Source of the DNA: an uncultured Aminicenantes bacterium | GTDB taxonomy: Bacteria > Acidobacteriota > Aminicenantia > UBA2199 | DNA: 23,699 nucleotides | Assembly (NCBI GenBank): GCA_965195285.1 | Contig: CBDAFS010000005.1 | Location: 1-23,699, forward strand | Direction of reading: 5' to 3' | Position numbers and translations under genes: made by a program | The notes under the pieces: model-generated | What the model was told of the DNA's origin: nothing | Seen by the model: the letters and a program-made list of their open reading frames with translations, nothing else | Database searches by the model: none | Shown: piece by piece, positions 7,138 to 15,755 of the stretch | Layout of the letters: each line of letters opens with the position of its first letter | Numbering within the stretch: the stretch's first letter is position 1

Positions 7138-9156
7138 TCAGTTTTTAGACCTCAGTCTCAATTTCTGTCCCAGGAATAGGCTTGCCAGTAGCAGAATCCC
7201 GACCGGATAGACGAAGTATTTAGTGGTGAGGGGAAGGTGAAAAAGTGATGTGATCAGGCCAGGATGAAATAGGATCAGGGTCGCCAGCAGGAATATGGGT
7301 GTTTCAAACCATTTATTTCGGGTCAGGAAAAAACCCTGCAAGGCACTGGAAAAGGCAAAGGCGCCCAAAACCGCCATGGTAAATATCAGAATTCCCAGCG
7401 GCCAACTTTCGATCCGGTACAAAATCAGATCGGTATTGAAAATAAAAAAAAAGGGAATAATCGCGGTTCGTAAATCATAAAAAAACCCCTGAATACCGGT
7501 TGGAATGGGTTTGGATTCTGCAATAGCTGCTGCCGCATAAGCAGCCAGCCCCACCGGTGGGGTGTCATCGGCCAGGATTCCAAAATAAAAGCAAAAGAGG
7601 TGGGCAGCTATCAGGGGAACAAAAAAACCGTACATGGATCCGATTTGAACAATTATCGGGGCGGTTAGTGAGGCCATTACGATATAGGTGGCGGTGGTTG
7701 GCAGTCCCATCCCCAAAATCAAACTGGCAACAGCGGTAATGACCAGTAATATAAAAATATTTCCCCGGGCAACGGCTTCCACTATCTGGGTGATCATTCC
7801 GCCGATGCCCATATTAACGATGCCCACGATTATTCCGGCAGCTGCAGTGGCCAGAGCCACCGGAATCATATTCCGGCTGCCCTTGATGATTCCATCCAAC
7901 AGTATGGTAGAGATCCGTTTCAGGGCGGTTTTGGAATTAATATTGCCCCGGACCCACTGGTTCAATTCCCGGGCAATGATTATAAAAACCAGTACTAGAA
8001 TGGCCTTGAAAGCACCCAATTCCGGAGAGTGACGGAGTATGATCAATTCAAATAACAGGACCGAAATGGGTAACAGGTAGGGTATCCCGCCCTTAAGTGT
8101 TGATATAAATGGGGGTAATTCCTGTTTTGACAGGCCTTTGATTCCCAACTTCATGGCTTCCAGATGGGTAATATAAAAGAGAGTAAAATAAGAAACGAAA
8201 GCCGGAATTGCAGCGGCTTTTATGACTTCGATATAGGGAATATTCACGTATTCGGCAATGATAAAAGCGGCAGCCCCCATGATCGGGGGCATGATTTGCC
8301 CGTCTGTACTGGCCGCCACTTCAATGGCCGCAGCCTTTTTGGCCGGGTAACCCACTTTTTTCATCAGGGGAATGGTAAAGGTACCGGTGGTGACAATATT
8401 GGCAATACTGGAGCCTGAAATCATTCCCATGAATCCGGAAGCAGCAACTGCGGCTTTGGCCGGTCCTCCCCGGAATTTACCCAGTAAAACCAGGGCCAGG
8501 TCGATGAAGAATTTTCCGGCTCCGGCTTTTTCCAGCAAGGCCCCCAGCAATACAAAGAGAAAAATGACAGTTGCCGAAATTCCCAGAGGAATACCATAGA
8601 TCCCTTCGGAGGAGAGCGATACCTGGGTGACGAATTTTCTAATTGAAGTACCCTTGAAGGCCAGCAGGTCAATCAGATAGGGTCCCGAAAAGGCATAGAG
8701 GCTGAACAGAAGGACAATAATGGAGAGTGCCGGGCCGATCACTCTGCGGGCTGCTTCCAAAAGCAGCAGGACCAGCAGTAATCCCATAATAATATCACGG
8801 AGCATGGGTTTGCCGGAGCGAAGGGCAATACCCTGCCAATCAATCATGATATATAGAGCCGTGATGGTTCCGGCCAGGGCCAGTAAAAGCTGAATGGGTG
8901 AAATGTGAAATGGGGCGCTTTTTGATTTCCGGCCGGGCTTAATTGGCTGTTTGAAGGGAACCGAAATAAAAAGCAACATCAGGGCAAAAGCCAGGTGGAT
9001 GGATCGGATCTTGATGCTGTCCAGGATCAAAATATAGGGAAGGGATAACTGAAACAGGGTCCAGGCCACGGAAATAACGACAATGATTTTTCGGGTGGAT
9101 AATGGCGATACAATTTCTGGAATTGCCCGGATTCCGGTCTTAGGGTAGGTTTTCAT
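7138..9156 (-). CDS. TRAP transporter fused permease (4TM/12TM fusion, TAXI-associated)
   Basis: Highly hydrophobic 672 aa; RGGPAKAAV, ISGSSIANIVTTG, ASTDGQIMPPIMGAAAF, LGMGLPTTATY, ADDTPPVGLAAY. Overlaps the TAXI gene by 17 nt. Confidence 0.95.
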   Translation of the reverse strand: MKTYPKTGIRAIPEIVSPLSTRKIIVVISVAWTLFQLSLPYILILDSIKIRSIHLAFALMLLFISVPFKQPIKPGRKSKSAPFHISPIQLLLALAGTITALYIMIDWQGIALRSGKPMLRDIIMGLLLVLLLLEAARRVIGPALSIIVLLFSLYAFSGPYLIDLLAFKGTSIRKFVTQVSLSSEGIYGIPLGISATVIFLFVLLGALLEKAGAGKFFIDLALVLLGKFRGGPAKAAVAASGFMGMISGSSIANIVTTGTFTIPLMKKVGYPAKKAAAIEVAASTDGQIMPPIMGAAAFIIAEYVNIPYIEVIKAAAIPAFVSYFTLFYITHLEAMKLGIKGLSKQELPPFISTLKGGIPYLLPISVLLFELIILRHSPELGAFKAILVLVFIIIARELNQWVRGNINSKTALKRISTILLDGIIKGSRNMIPVALATAAAGIIVGIVNMGIGGMITQIVEAVARGNIFILLVITAVASLILGMGLPTTATYIVMASLTAPIIVQIGSMYGFFVPLIAAHLFCFYFGILADDTPPVGLAAYAAAAIAESKPIPTGIQGFFYDLRTAIIPFFFIFNTDLILYRIESWPLGILIFTMAVLGAFAFSSALQGFFLTRNKWFETPIFLLATLILFHPGLITSLFHLPLTTKYFVYPVGILLLASLFLGQKLRLRSKN

Positions 9157-10153
9157 CGGGGAGTAGATTGTTGTCGATATATGGGTAAAGACCGCATTCC
9201 CGGTAGTATTGCAGGGCGCCTCTGTGGATTTTGGCTGATAGGCCGGATAACATTCCTCTGGGAGTCAGGGATGAATAAGCCGGATGCGATTTTTTAAATG
9301 TTTCAAAGTTTTCAAAAATTTCTCTGGTTATGGTATAGACAATTTTTTCATCTACTGCTGCCGAGGTAACCAGGGTTCCTCTGACGCCGAAGGTTTCAAT
9401 ATTTTCTGAATTCCTGGCATTGGGGTAGAATGTAATGGGAATGATGGCCCGGGCATAATAGGGGGACTTTTTTACTAGATAATCTATCGGCAGTCCTTTC
9501 AGGGGGATGAAGCGAACTTGAATTCTTCCGGAGGTGGCTTCCTTGATATTGCCATTGGGATGTCCCACCGTATAGAAGAAGGCATCGATGCGTTCGTCCT
9601 GCAATAATCCCGGTGCTTCCATGGCCTTTACATACTCGGCGACAATGTCGTTTTCGCTGAGACCGAAAGCGGTTAACGTATCACGGGCGTTTTGGAGTGG
9701 CCCGGATCCCGGGTTTCCCAGGTTTACCCGCTTCCCTCTCAACTGTTTGACATCTCTGATTTCGCTGTTGAGAGAGACAATCAGGGTAACCGATTCCGGA
9801 TGAATGGAAAAGACAGACCTGAGGTTTTTTTGTGGTCCCAGCTGTTTCCATTCGGATAAACCGTGAACCGCCTGGTACTGTCGATCGGATTGAACCACTC
9901 CGAATTCAAGGTCTCCGTTTAATACCGCGTTGACATTGAAAACAGAACCGGCGGTGGATTCTACCGTGGCCTTGATTTGATATTCATTCATTTTCTGATT
10001 GATCATTCTGCAGATTGCCCCCCCGGTCGGGTAGTAAATACCGGTAACTGCTCCGGTTCCGATACTCACAAAGGTCAGTTGATTACAGCCCAGGAATAAA
10101 CATATCATAAGCAGTAACACCGCGTGTCGGTTGATCGGAATCCATTTGAACAT
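9140..10153 (-). CDS. TAXI-family TRAP solute-binding lipoprotein
   Basis: Lipobox LFLGC; SIGTGAVTGIYYPTG, STAGSVFN, VQSD, LRGKRVNLGNPGSG, IHRGALQYY. Confidence 0.95.
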   Translation of the reverse strand: MFKWIPINRHAVLLLMICLFLGCNQLTFVSIGTGAVTGIYYPTGGAICRMINQKMNEYQIKATVESTAGSVFNVNAVLNGDLEFGVVQSDRQYQAVHGLSEWKQLGPQKNLRSVFSIHPESVTLIVSLNSEIRDVKQLRGKRVNLGNPGSGPLQNARDTLTAFGLSENDIVAEYVKAMEAPGLLQDERIDAFFYTVGHPNGNIKEATSGRIQVRFIPLKGLPIDYLVKKSPYYARAIIPITFYPNARNSENIETFGVRGTLVTSAAVDEKIVYTITREIFENFETFKKSHPAYSSLTPRGMLSGLSAKIHRGALQYYRECGLYPYIDNNLLPDENLP

Positions 10154-10185
10154 TCTGTTTTTGGCGGCCTTAGAACCGGATTTAA

Positions 10186-10214
10186 ATTATAATCGATTGG
10201 GATTCTGTTTTCAA
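10186..10214 (-). promoter_or_regulatory. sigma70-type promoter for TAXI-TRAP operon
   Basis: Minus strand TTGAAA(10214-10209)-N17-TATAAT(10191-10186). Confidence 0.7.
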
Positions 10215-10296
10215 GAAAATGTCGCCTCTGGGGCAGCAGATGGATTTAGGAACAATGTGGGGAGGATATTGGGCTATTTTGATTTGACTGAATATT

Positions 10297-10305
10297 TGCT
10301 ATAAT
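10297..10305 (+). promoter_or_regulatory. Extended -10 promoter for the DAACS gene
   Basis: TGcTATAAT ending 6 nt before the GTG at 10312. Confidence 0.6.
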
Positions 10306-10311
10306 TATTTT

Positions 10312-11733
10312 GTGATATTTCCACATTTATTTCAGCAACTTACCCGGTTTTTCAGGAATCATTCCGGATCCTTTAAAGCTCTTATGGTGTTGATCCTGGT
10401 CGGAATCAATGTGTTCTTTTATAAACAGAATGTCCAGAAAATGGGAAACTGGGCGCCTTTTTTAGTGGTCCTGATCTCGGTTGTTCTAATTTTACTTTCC
10501 ATGCGGTTAATAAAGCATACTCCTCTGCCGACCAAGATTGTGGTTGGCCTGCTGCTGGGGGTGGTGGTTGGCATTTTATTCAGAGATCAGGCTGTTTTTT
10601 TACGACCCATCGGGACCATCTTTGTTCGACTGATTTCATTGATTGTGGTACCGCTGGTTTTTGTGAGTCTTTTTCTGGGCACCGCCAGCATCGGAGATTT
10701 GAAAAAGCTGGGAAAGATCGGGGCCAAGACTCTGATTTATTATATTACCACCACGGTGATTGCCATCATGATCGGCTTGATTCTGGTCAATGTGGTAAAG
10801 CCCGGGCAGGATGTCCGGCTGGATGCATCCGATCAACTGCTGACCTTTCAGCAGGAAGAAACCAATATTTCTATTATTGACAACCTGATTCAGATTATTC
10901 CCGCCAACCCGGTTCGCTCGCTTGCAGAGGGCAATATGTTACAGATCATCTTTTTAGCACTCCTGTTCGGTATTTCTGTCACTACCCTGAAGCGGTCCAG
11001 ACGCAATATCCTGATTAGCTGGTTTGAGAGCATCAATGAAGCCATATTCAATGTGATTCACCTAGTGATGAAAGCGGCACCTTATGGGGTTTTTGCCCTG
11101 ATTGCCGCCACTATCGGTAGTTTTGGATTTGATGTCCTGGTTTCCCTGATTAAGTACGGCCTGCTGGTTATTGTCGGATTGATGATACATGCGTTGGTGA
11201 TCATTTCTGTCTTTGTGAAGTTGATTGGCAAGAAAAGTCCGCTGAAATTCTGGAGAGCCATTCGTCCGGCCATGCTGCTGGCTTTTTCGACTTCATCTTC
11301 AAATGCCACCCTGCCGGTTACCATGGAGTCGGTAGAGAAGGAATTGAAAGTGCCCCGGATTATTTCGTCTTTTGTACTGCCTTTGGGTGCGACCATCAAC
11401 ATGGATGGAACTGCCCTTTACCAGTGTATATCCATTTTTTTTATTGCCCAGATATACGGAATTGAAATTTCATTTGCCAAAATTGTCATCGTGGTTCTCA
11501 GTGTGGTCCTGGCCTCGATCGGTACGGCAGGTGCGCCCATGGCCGGAGTGCTCATCCTGGTGATGATTTTGAAATCCATTGGTGTTCCCATCGAGGGAAT
11601 TGCTATGATTATGGGCATTGAACGCATCATGGATATGGCCCGGACCACGGTGAATATTGTGGGAGATGCATCGGCCAGCGTGGTGATTACCCAGCTGGAA
11701 AAGAAAAACCTGGGACTAAAGCACCTGAAATAA
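10312..11733 (+). CDS. Dicarboxylate/amino acid:cation symporter (DAACS, GltP/GltPh-like) with N-terminal membrane extension
   Basis: IIPANP, AFSTSSSNATLP (HP1), PLGATINMDGT (TM7), SIGTAGAP (HP2), DMARTTVN (TM8 Arg associated with acidic substrates). Start codon uncertain. Confidence 0.93.
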   Translation: MIFPHLFQQLTRFFRNHSGSFKALMVLILVGINVFFYKQNVQKMGNWAPFLVVLISVVLILLSMRLIKHTPLPTKIVVGLLLGVVVGILFRDQAVFLRPIGTIFVRLISLIVVPLVFVSLFLGTASIGDLKKLGKIGAKTLIYYITTTVIAIMIGLILVNVVKPGQDVRLDASDQLLTFQQEETNISIIDNLIQIIPANPVRSLAEGNMLQIIFLALLFGISVTTLKRSRRNILISWFESINEAIFNVIHLVMKAAPYGVFALIAATIGSFGFDVLVSLIKYGLLVIVGLMIHALVIISVFVKLIGKKSPLKFWRAIRPAMLLAFSTSSSNATLPVTMESVEKELKVPRIISSFVLPLGATINMDGTALYQCISIFFIAQIYGIEISFAKIVIVVLSVVLASIGTAGAPMAGVLILVMILKSIGVPIEGIAMIMGIERIMDMARTTVNIVGDASASVVITQLEKKNLGLKHLK

Positions 11734-11757
11734 GTGGAGCTGGGGTATTATTACCAC

Positions 11758-13110
11758 TCAGTTGTGTTTTTTTTTCAAAATTTTCAAAATCAATAACCAG
11801 AAAACAATCATGATGGAACTGATGGTGAACGCCAACCATCCCCCCTTTAAAATGACAAGGGGAATAACCAGCGAGGTCCAGAGTCCTCCTCCCATGAAGG
11901 GTTCATGAAGGAGTTGTTTATAGCCAAATGCCGATGGGGCATCGGTTTCACTTTCCGGATCCACTGCCCGCAGCAACAGCAATCCGGTGGCGGTTACCCC
12001 CATGGATTGTCCCATTTCGGCGATGGCCCTCTCAAACCAGAAGTTGGGCAGGAATCGGCGGGCCAGCCAGGTAACACAAAAAATATTCCATAGGATTCCG
12101 GCTGCTACAATAATCAGGAAAGGCAGGATATTTTTGGCAATGATATCCAGCCGGATAGTGCTGATGGCTGCCACTACCAGGAAATCCAGGGCAGTACCGG
12201 CCAGCCTTTGCATCAGGGAATGATCGATGGGAGAAATTCGAGACCATTTTTCCAGAAAAATCTGAATAAACAGGCCACCCATCATGCACAGGGGAAACAG
12301 GGGGAAACCCTGCAATATTTTATATTCGGCCATGGTGGGGAAAAAGGATTCGACAAACAGCAATCCCTGTTTTAATCCGTATCCGATTAAAACTGCAATC
12401 CCGATAATGGCCAGATGAAGGGCCAGGCTATCGATAGATTCAGCCGATACGGTTTGCCTGCCGGCCACTGGTCGCCGGTCCGGCGAATAGAATCCTCCCC
12501 ATTCACCCCGGTCCAGTTTATCCAGGGATTTCAGTTTCTGGGTATAGCCTTTCCGGGCAGCCCAGTTGATGAGGATAATGCCGAAAACAATGGCGGTAAT
12601 GACCCCGAAAGTAGCGGAAGTCAGGGCATAATCGGTTCCCTCTGACCATTTGAATGTTTCAAAGGTTTCCTTTAGCCCGGCCGCGGTTCCATGTCCGCCT
12701 TCAAAACCCACCGGTATAATCACCCCGAACACATCCGGAACTTTAAATACAGGTTTCAGAAATACCAGAACCGTCAGTAGTCCGACGAAATATTGGCCCC
12801 AGGCCACAACCTGTCCGTACCCCAATTGTGGGGCTGATTTTTTCCATATAGTGGCCAGCGAGGGAATGGTGACACCTAAAAAAAGGGCTGCAAATACGAT
12901 ATTGATCAGAAACCCGGGTAATTGTGACCAGCCGACGGTCCAGTGTCCGGGAATGGACTTGCCGGACACCTGCAGAATAAATAAACCCAGAATACCCGCG
13001 ATTACCGAAGTGGGAATATAGAGTCTCTGAAAGGATTTTATTTTAAAGCGGAGGTATTTTCCCACCACCAGCAGCAGGCTCAATCCGGCAAACGAGGTGA
13101 CAATATCCAT
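11758..13110 (-). CDS. gltS: Sodium/glutamate symporter (ESS/GltS family)
   Basis: YIPTSVIAG, re-entrant motifs GFEGGHGTAAG and GQSMGVTATG, LLRAVDP. Start placed at ATG 13110, 1 nt after the M14 gene stop (ORF track starts at 13131). Confidence 0.88.
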   Translation of the reverse strand: MDIVTSFAGLSLLLVVGKYLRFKIKSFQRLYIPTSVIAGILGLFILQVSGKSIPGHWTVGWSQLPGFLINIVFAALFLGVTIPSLATIWKKSAPQLGYGQVVAWGQYFVGLLTVLVFLKPVFKVPDVFGVIIPVGFEGGHGTAAGLKETFETFKWSEGTDYALTSATFGVITAIVFGIILINWAARKGYTQKLKSLDKLDRGEWGGFYSPDRRPVAGRQTVSAESIDSLALHLAIIGIAVLIGYGLKQGLLFVESFFPTMAEYKILQGFPLFPLCMMGGLFIQIFLEKWSRISPIDHSLMQRLAGTALDFLVVAAISTIRLDIIAKNILPFLIIVAAGILWNIFCVTWLARRFLPNFWFERAIAEMGQSMGVTATGLLLLRAVDPESETDAPSAFGYKQLLHEPFMGGGLWTSLVIPLVILKGGWLAFTISSIMIVFWLLILKILKKKHN

Positions 13111-13111
13111 A

Positions 13112-15694
13112 TTATTTTTCCAGACCCGCATAATAAAGTGAATTAAACAGAAACTTAAAGGTCCCTGTGGTCTGGGCCCGGTGCTGAACCCGACCGCCCA
13201 GAACGATCACGTGTCCCCGGTAGTAATCAAACCGGATGATCATGACCGCCCGGTTCAGATGTTTTTCCCCCTTGAGGTATCCACTCAACAAATGGGGTCC
13301 CACAGAATTAAATCCGGCCACCACCTTGCGGTTGATGCTTTTCAACAGAGGAGGCCGGGTCCGGAAAGCAGGGCTGTGAGAAAAAAAGATAAAACTGTCC
13401 TGCTGAATTCCCCATCCAAGCGGATCCAGGGAATCCACTTTCAGCCGGAGTAAGGAACCGGGGCAATAGAATTGGTCTGCCTTCACTCCCTTTAGAGTTT
13501 CAGAGAAGGGCAGGGAAAAATCCGTAATGCCCAGTTCCGATGCTGAATCCATCAATACCACTGTTCCGCCTTGGTGTACAAAGTTCTTCAGAATCCGGAT
13601 GCCTTTTTTGCCGATTCCTCCCCGGTATTCGGGGGGAGAACCGGATATGAAATACGACCAGTATCCCCGGTAGGTGCCGTCAATAATGGTTTTTCTGGAC
13701 TGGTCCGGAAATATGATCACTTCATATTTGGATAACGCTTTTTCATTGAAATCCCGGTTATGGAGCACCTGAAAAGGGAATTCAAAATGATCCAGTACCC
13801 AGCGGGTCCAGCCTTCATCCATGCTGGCCCGGTAAGACTGGTAAATAGCGATGGAGGGCCGGGTTAATTTCCGGAGGTGTTTCTGGTTTTTAATATGGAT
13901 CGTGGTGATGTTGACTCCGGTTCCTTTCAGTATTTGACGCATTGCTTTTTCGTCAATAGCACTGCATTTTACCAGGAAGTCTCCCGGAACAATATTTTGG
14001 TCTTTGTTAAAATCTCCGGTGTAGCGGAACACATTGATATGTTGAGTCAGCAGGCGATTAACCACCAGGGCGGACCGGTTGTATCTGGAGGGAATGCGAT
14101 AGGTGTTTCCCTGACCGGAGATGGTTTCCTGTGGGTAGTCAATATCTGTTGCCCGTATCAGGAGCAGGTCCTGACAAGGGGTGTTTAACTCAATGGCCCT
14201 GAGGCCCATTTGCAGGGGCATTGTCCAACCAGCTGCATCATAGGGTTCCATGATGGGACCGTCTTTCATGTGTCTGATTTCGGGATATTGTTGGGTTTCC
14301 ATCATGACCTTAATAAAACTGCGGTAGGGTTGGTTAAGGGGAATGATGAAGTCACCTTTTTTCAGGACCCGATCATCCAGATAGGTATCTGATTGAAGTT
14401 TGAAAATCCGGATGCCGTGTGCTTCCATTTTTTTTATAAAGGTATAGAGAGAGGGCATATCCCATTGGGCCATGGGCAAGGTGTATCCATAGGGGGGTTG
14501 CTTGTTTCCCTGCTGAATGTTTTTCAGACCCAACTGATAAAAATTGTTCACAAAAGAGTGTCTGTTTTTGGCGGCAATTTCCAGAAGGGCATTGACCGCG
14601 ATAAGTTCGTAATCAATAATATCTCTCAACCGCCACCAACCGCCAGGCCAGGGATCCGGAAAGTTTACCTGGGCTTTGTACTCCGGCAGACCTTTTGAAG
14701 AGACCTGGAGTTCATTGGGCTCAATGTAAATGGGAGAGGCTATTCGGGCACTGGCCATTTCGGTCAGCACTCCCACAACATTCTTGAACCAGGCTGTATT
14801 CTTGGAACCGCCCGGCCAGTAAGCATCAAAAGCATAGGCACTTCCGACTCCTTTTTTGTGCTTTTCCTGTAATCGAAGGGCCATAAAACCGCCGATTATG
14901 TTGGTCTGGCTGATCAGAAGCGGATCCAGGTTCTGGTTGAGCGGGTCCTTGAAGGGCGGTACAAACATTCGTGGTCCGGTAAGGAACATCTGATGCAGGT
15001 CCAGAAAAATCTGGGGGAAATAACGCTGATGCAGTATGGCATTCACCACCCGGCTCTCTTTGAGGTTTAACATATAGAAGTCACGGTTGTTGTCATGACC
15101 GGCGTAATGGTGGTACAGGTAGGGCATCCAGCATCCCTCGTACTCGGTATTGATATATTTGTTGTACCATTCGGTGACCATGATGTTACCGTCCGGATTG
15201 ATAGAAGGCATTAAAAGTATGACCACCCGGTCCAGGTAAGAGCGGATCAGCGGGTCATCAGTCCCGGCCAGCTGATGGGCAAACATCATGGCCATCTGAG
15301 AGCTGGCAATTTCAGTGGCATGAAGGGCACAGGTCATCAAAACAAAAGTCCGGGCCTTTCGGATGAGTTTCATAGCCTCCTCAGGAGTGAGGGTATGCGG
15401 ATTGGCCAGTTTTTTATTGATTTCCACTAATTCGGGAAGTTTACGGATATTTTCATCTGAAGATATAAAGGCCAGAGCCATGGGATTTCCCAGTGTGGTT
15501 TCACCCTCATTAACCACTTTTATTCGATCGGATTGATTATCCAGGTATTTGAAATATTTGACTATGTCCGGGTATTTGACCAGGATCTGGTCTGTTCCGA
15601 CACGGACCCCCAGAAATTCATCTGGACTTTTCTGGGCCTGGGAAAAACCGAAAAGCAGGCTGCAGAATAAAAAAATGGTTATCTTTTTTTTCAT
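13112..15694 (-). CDS. Exported M14-family zinc carboxypeptidase with C-terminal class-I GATase-like domain
   Basis: Signal peptide (SQA-Q); Zn ligands HATE (HxxE) and LDLHQM; NPDG and DNNRD; C-terminal DEGWTRW..VIIFPD..FVHQGGTVV; SD GAGGAG. Confidence 0.9.
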   Translation of the reverse strand: MKKKITIFLFCSLLFGFSQAQKSPDEFLGVRVGTDQILVKYPDIVKYFKYLDNQSDRIKVVNEGETTLGNPMALAFISSDENIRKLPELVEINKKLANPHTLTPEEAMKLIRKARTFVLMTCALHATEIASSQMAMMFAHQLAGTDDPLIRSYLDRVVILLMPSINPDGNIMVTEWYNKYINTEYEGCWMPYLYHHYAGHDNNRDFYMLNLKESRVVNAILHQRYFPQIFLDLHQMFLTGPRMFVPPFKDPLNQNLDPLLISQTNIIGGFMALRLQEKHKKGVGSAYAFDAYWPGGSKNTAWFKNVVGVLTEMASARIASPIYIEPNELQVSSKGLPEYKAQVNFPDPWPGGWWRLRDIIDYELIAVNALLEIAAKNRHSFVNNFYQLGLKNIQQGNKQPPYGYTLPMAQWDMPSLYTFIKKMEAHGIRIFKLQSDTYLDDRVLKKGDFIIPLNQPYRSFIKVMMETQQYPEIRHMKDGPIMEPYDAAGWTMPLQMGLRAIELNTPCQDLLLIRATDIDYPQETISGQGNTYRIPSRYNRSALVVNRLLTQHINVFRYTGDFNKDQNIVPGDFLVKCSAIDEKAMRQILKGTGVNITTIHIKNQKHLRKLTRPSIAIYQSYRASMDEGWTRWVLDHFEFPFQVLHNRDFNEKALSKYEVIIFPDQSRKTIIDGTYRGYWSYFISGSPPEYRGGIGKKGIRILKNFVHQGGTVVLMDSASELGITDFSLPFSETLKGVKADQFYCPGSLLRLKVDSLDPLGWGIQQDSFIFFSHSPAFRTRPPLLKSINRKVVAGFNSVGPHLLSGYLKGEKHLNRAVMIIRFDYYRGHVIVLGGRVQHRAQTTGTFKFLFNSLYYAGLEK

Positions 15695-15711
15695 TATTTC
15701 TCCTCATGGAT

Positions 15712-15740
15712 ATTATCCGAAAAACCGAATGAATTGTAAA
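15712..15740 (-). promoter_or_regulatory. Possible internal promoter for M14 peptidase-gltS
   Basis: Minus strand TTTACA-N17-GATAAT in the gap between uvrC and the peptidase gene. Confidence 0.4.
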
Positions 15741-15755
15741 TAGAGTTGACCTGAC

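Noticed and set aside
11734-11757. Bidirectional terminator between the convergent DAACS and gltS genes
   Set aside because: Only a 4-bp stem (GGTA/TACC) with no adjacent U-tract; too weak to call.
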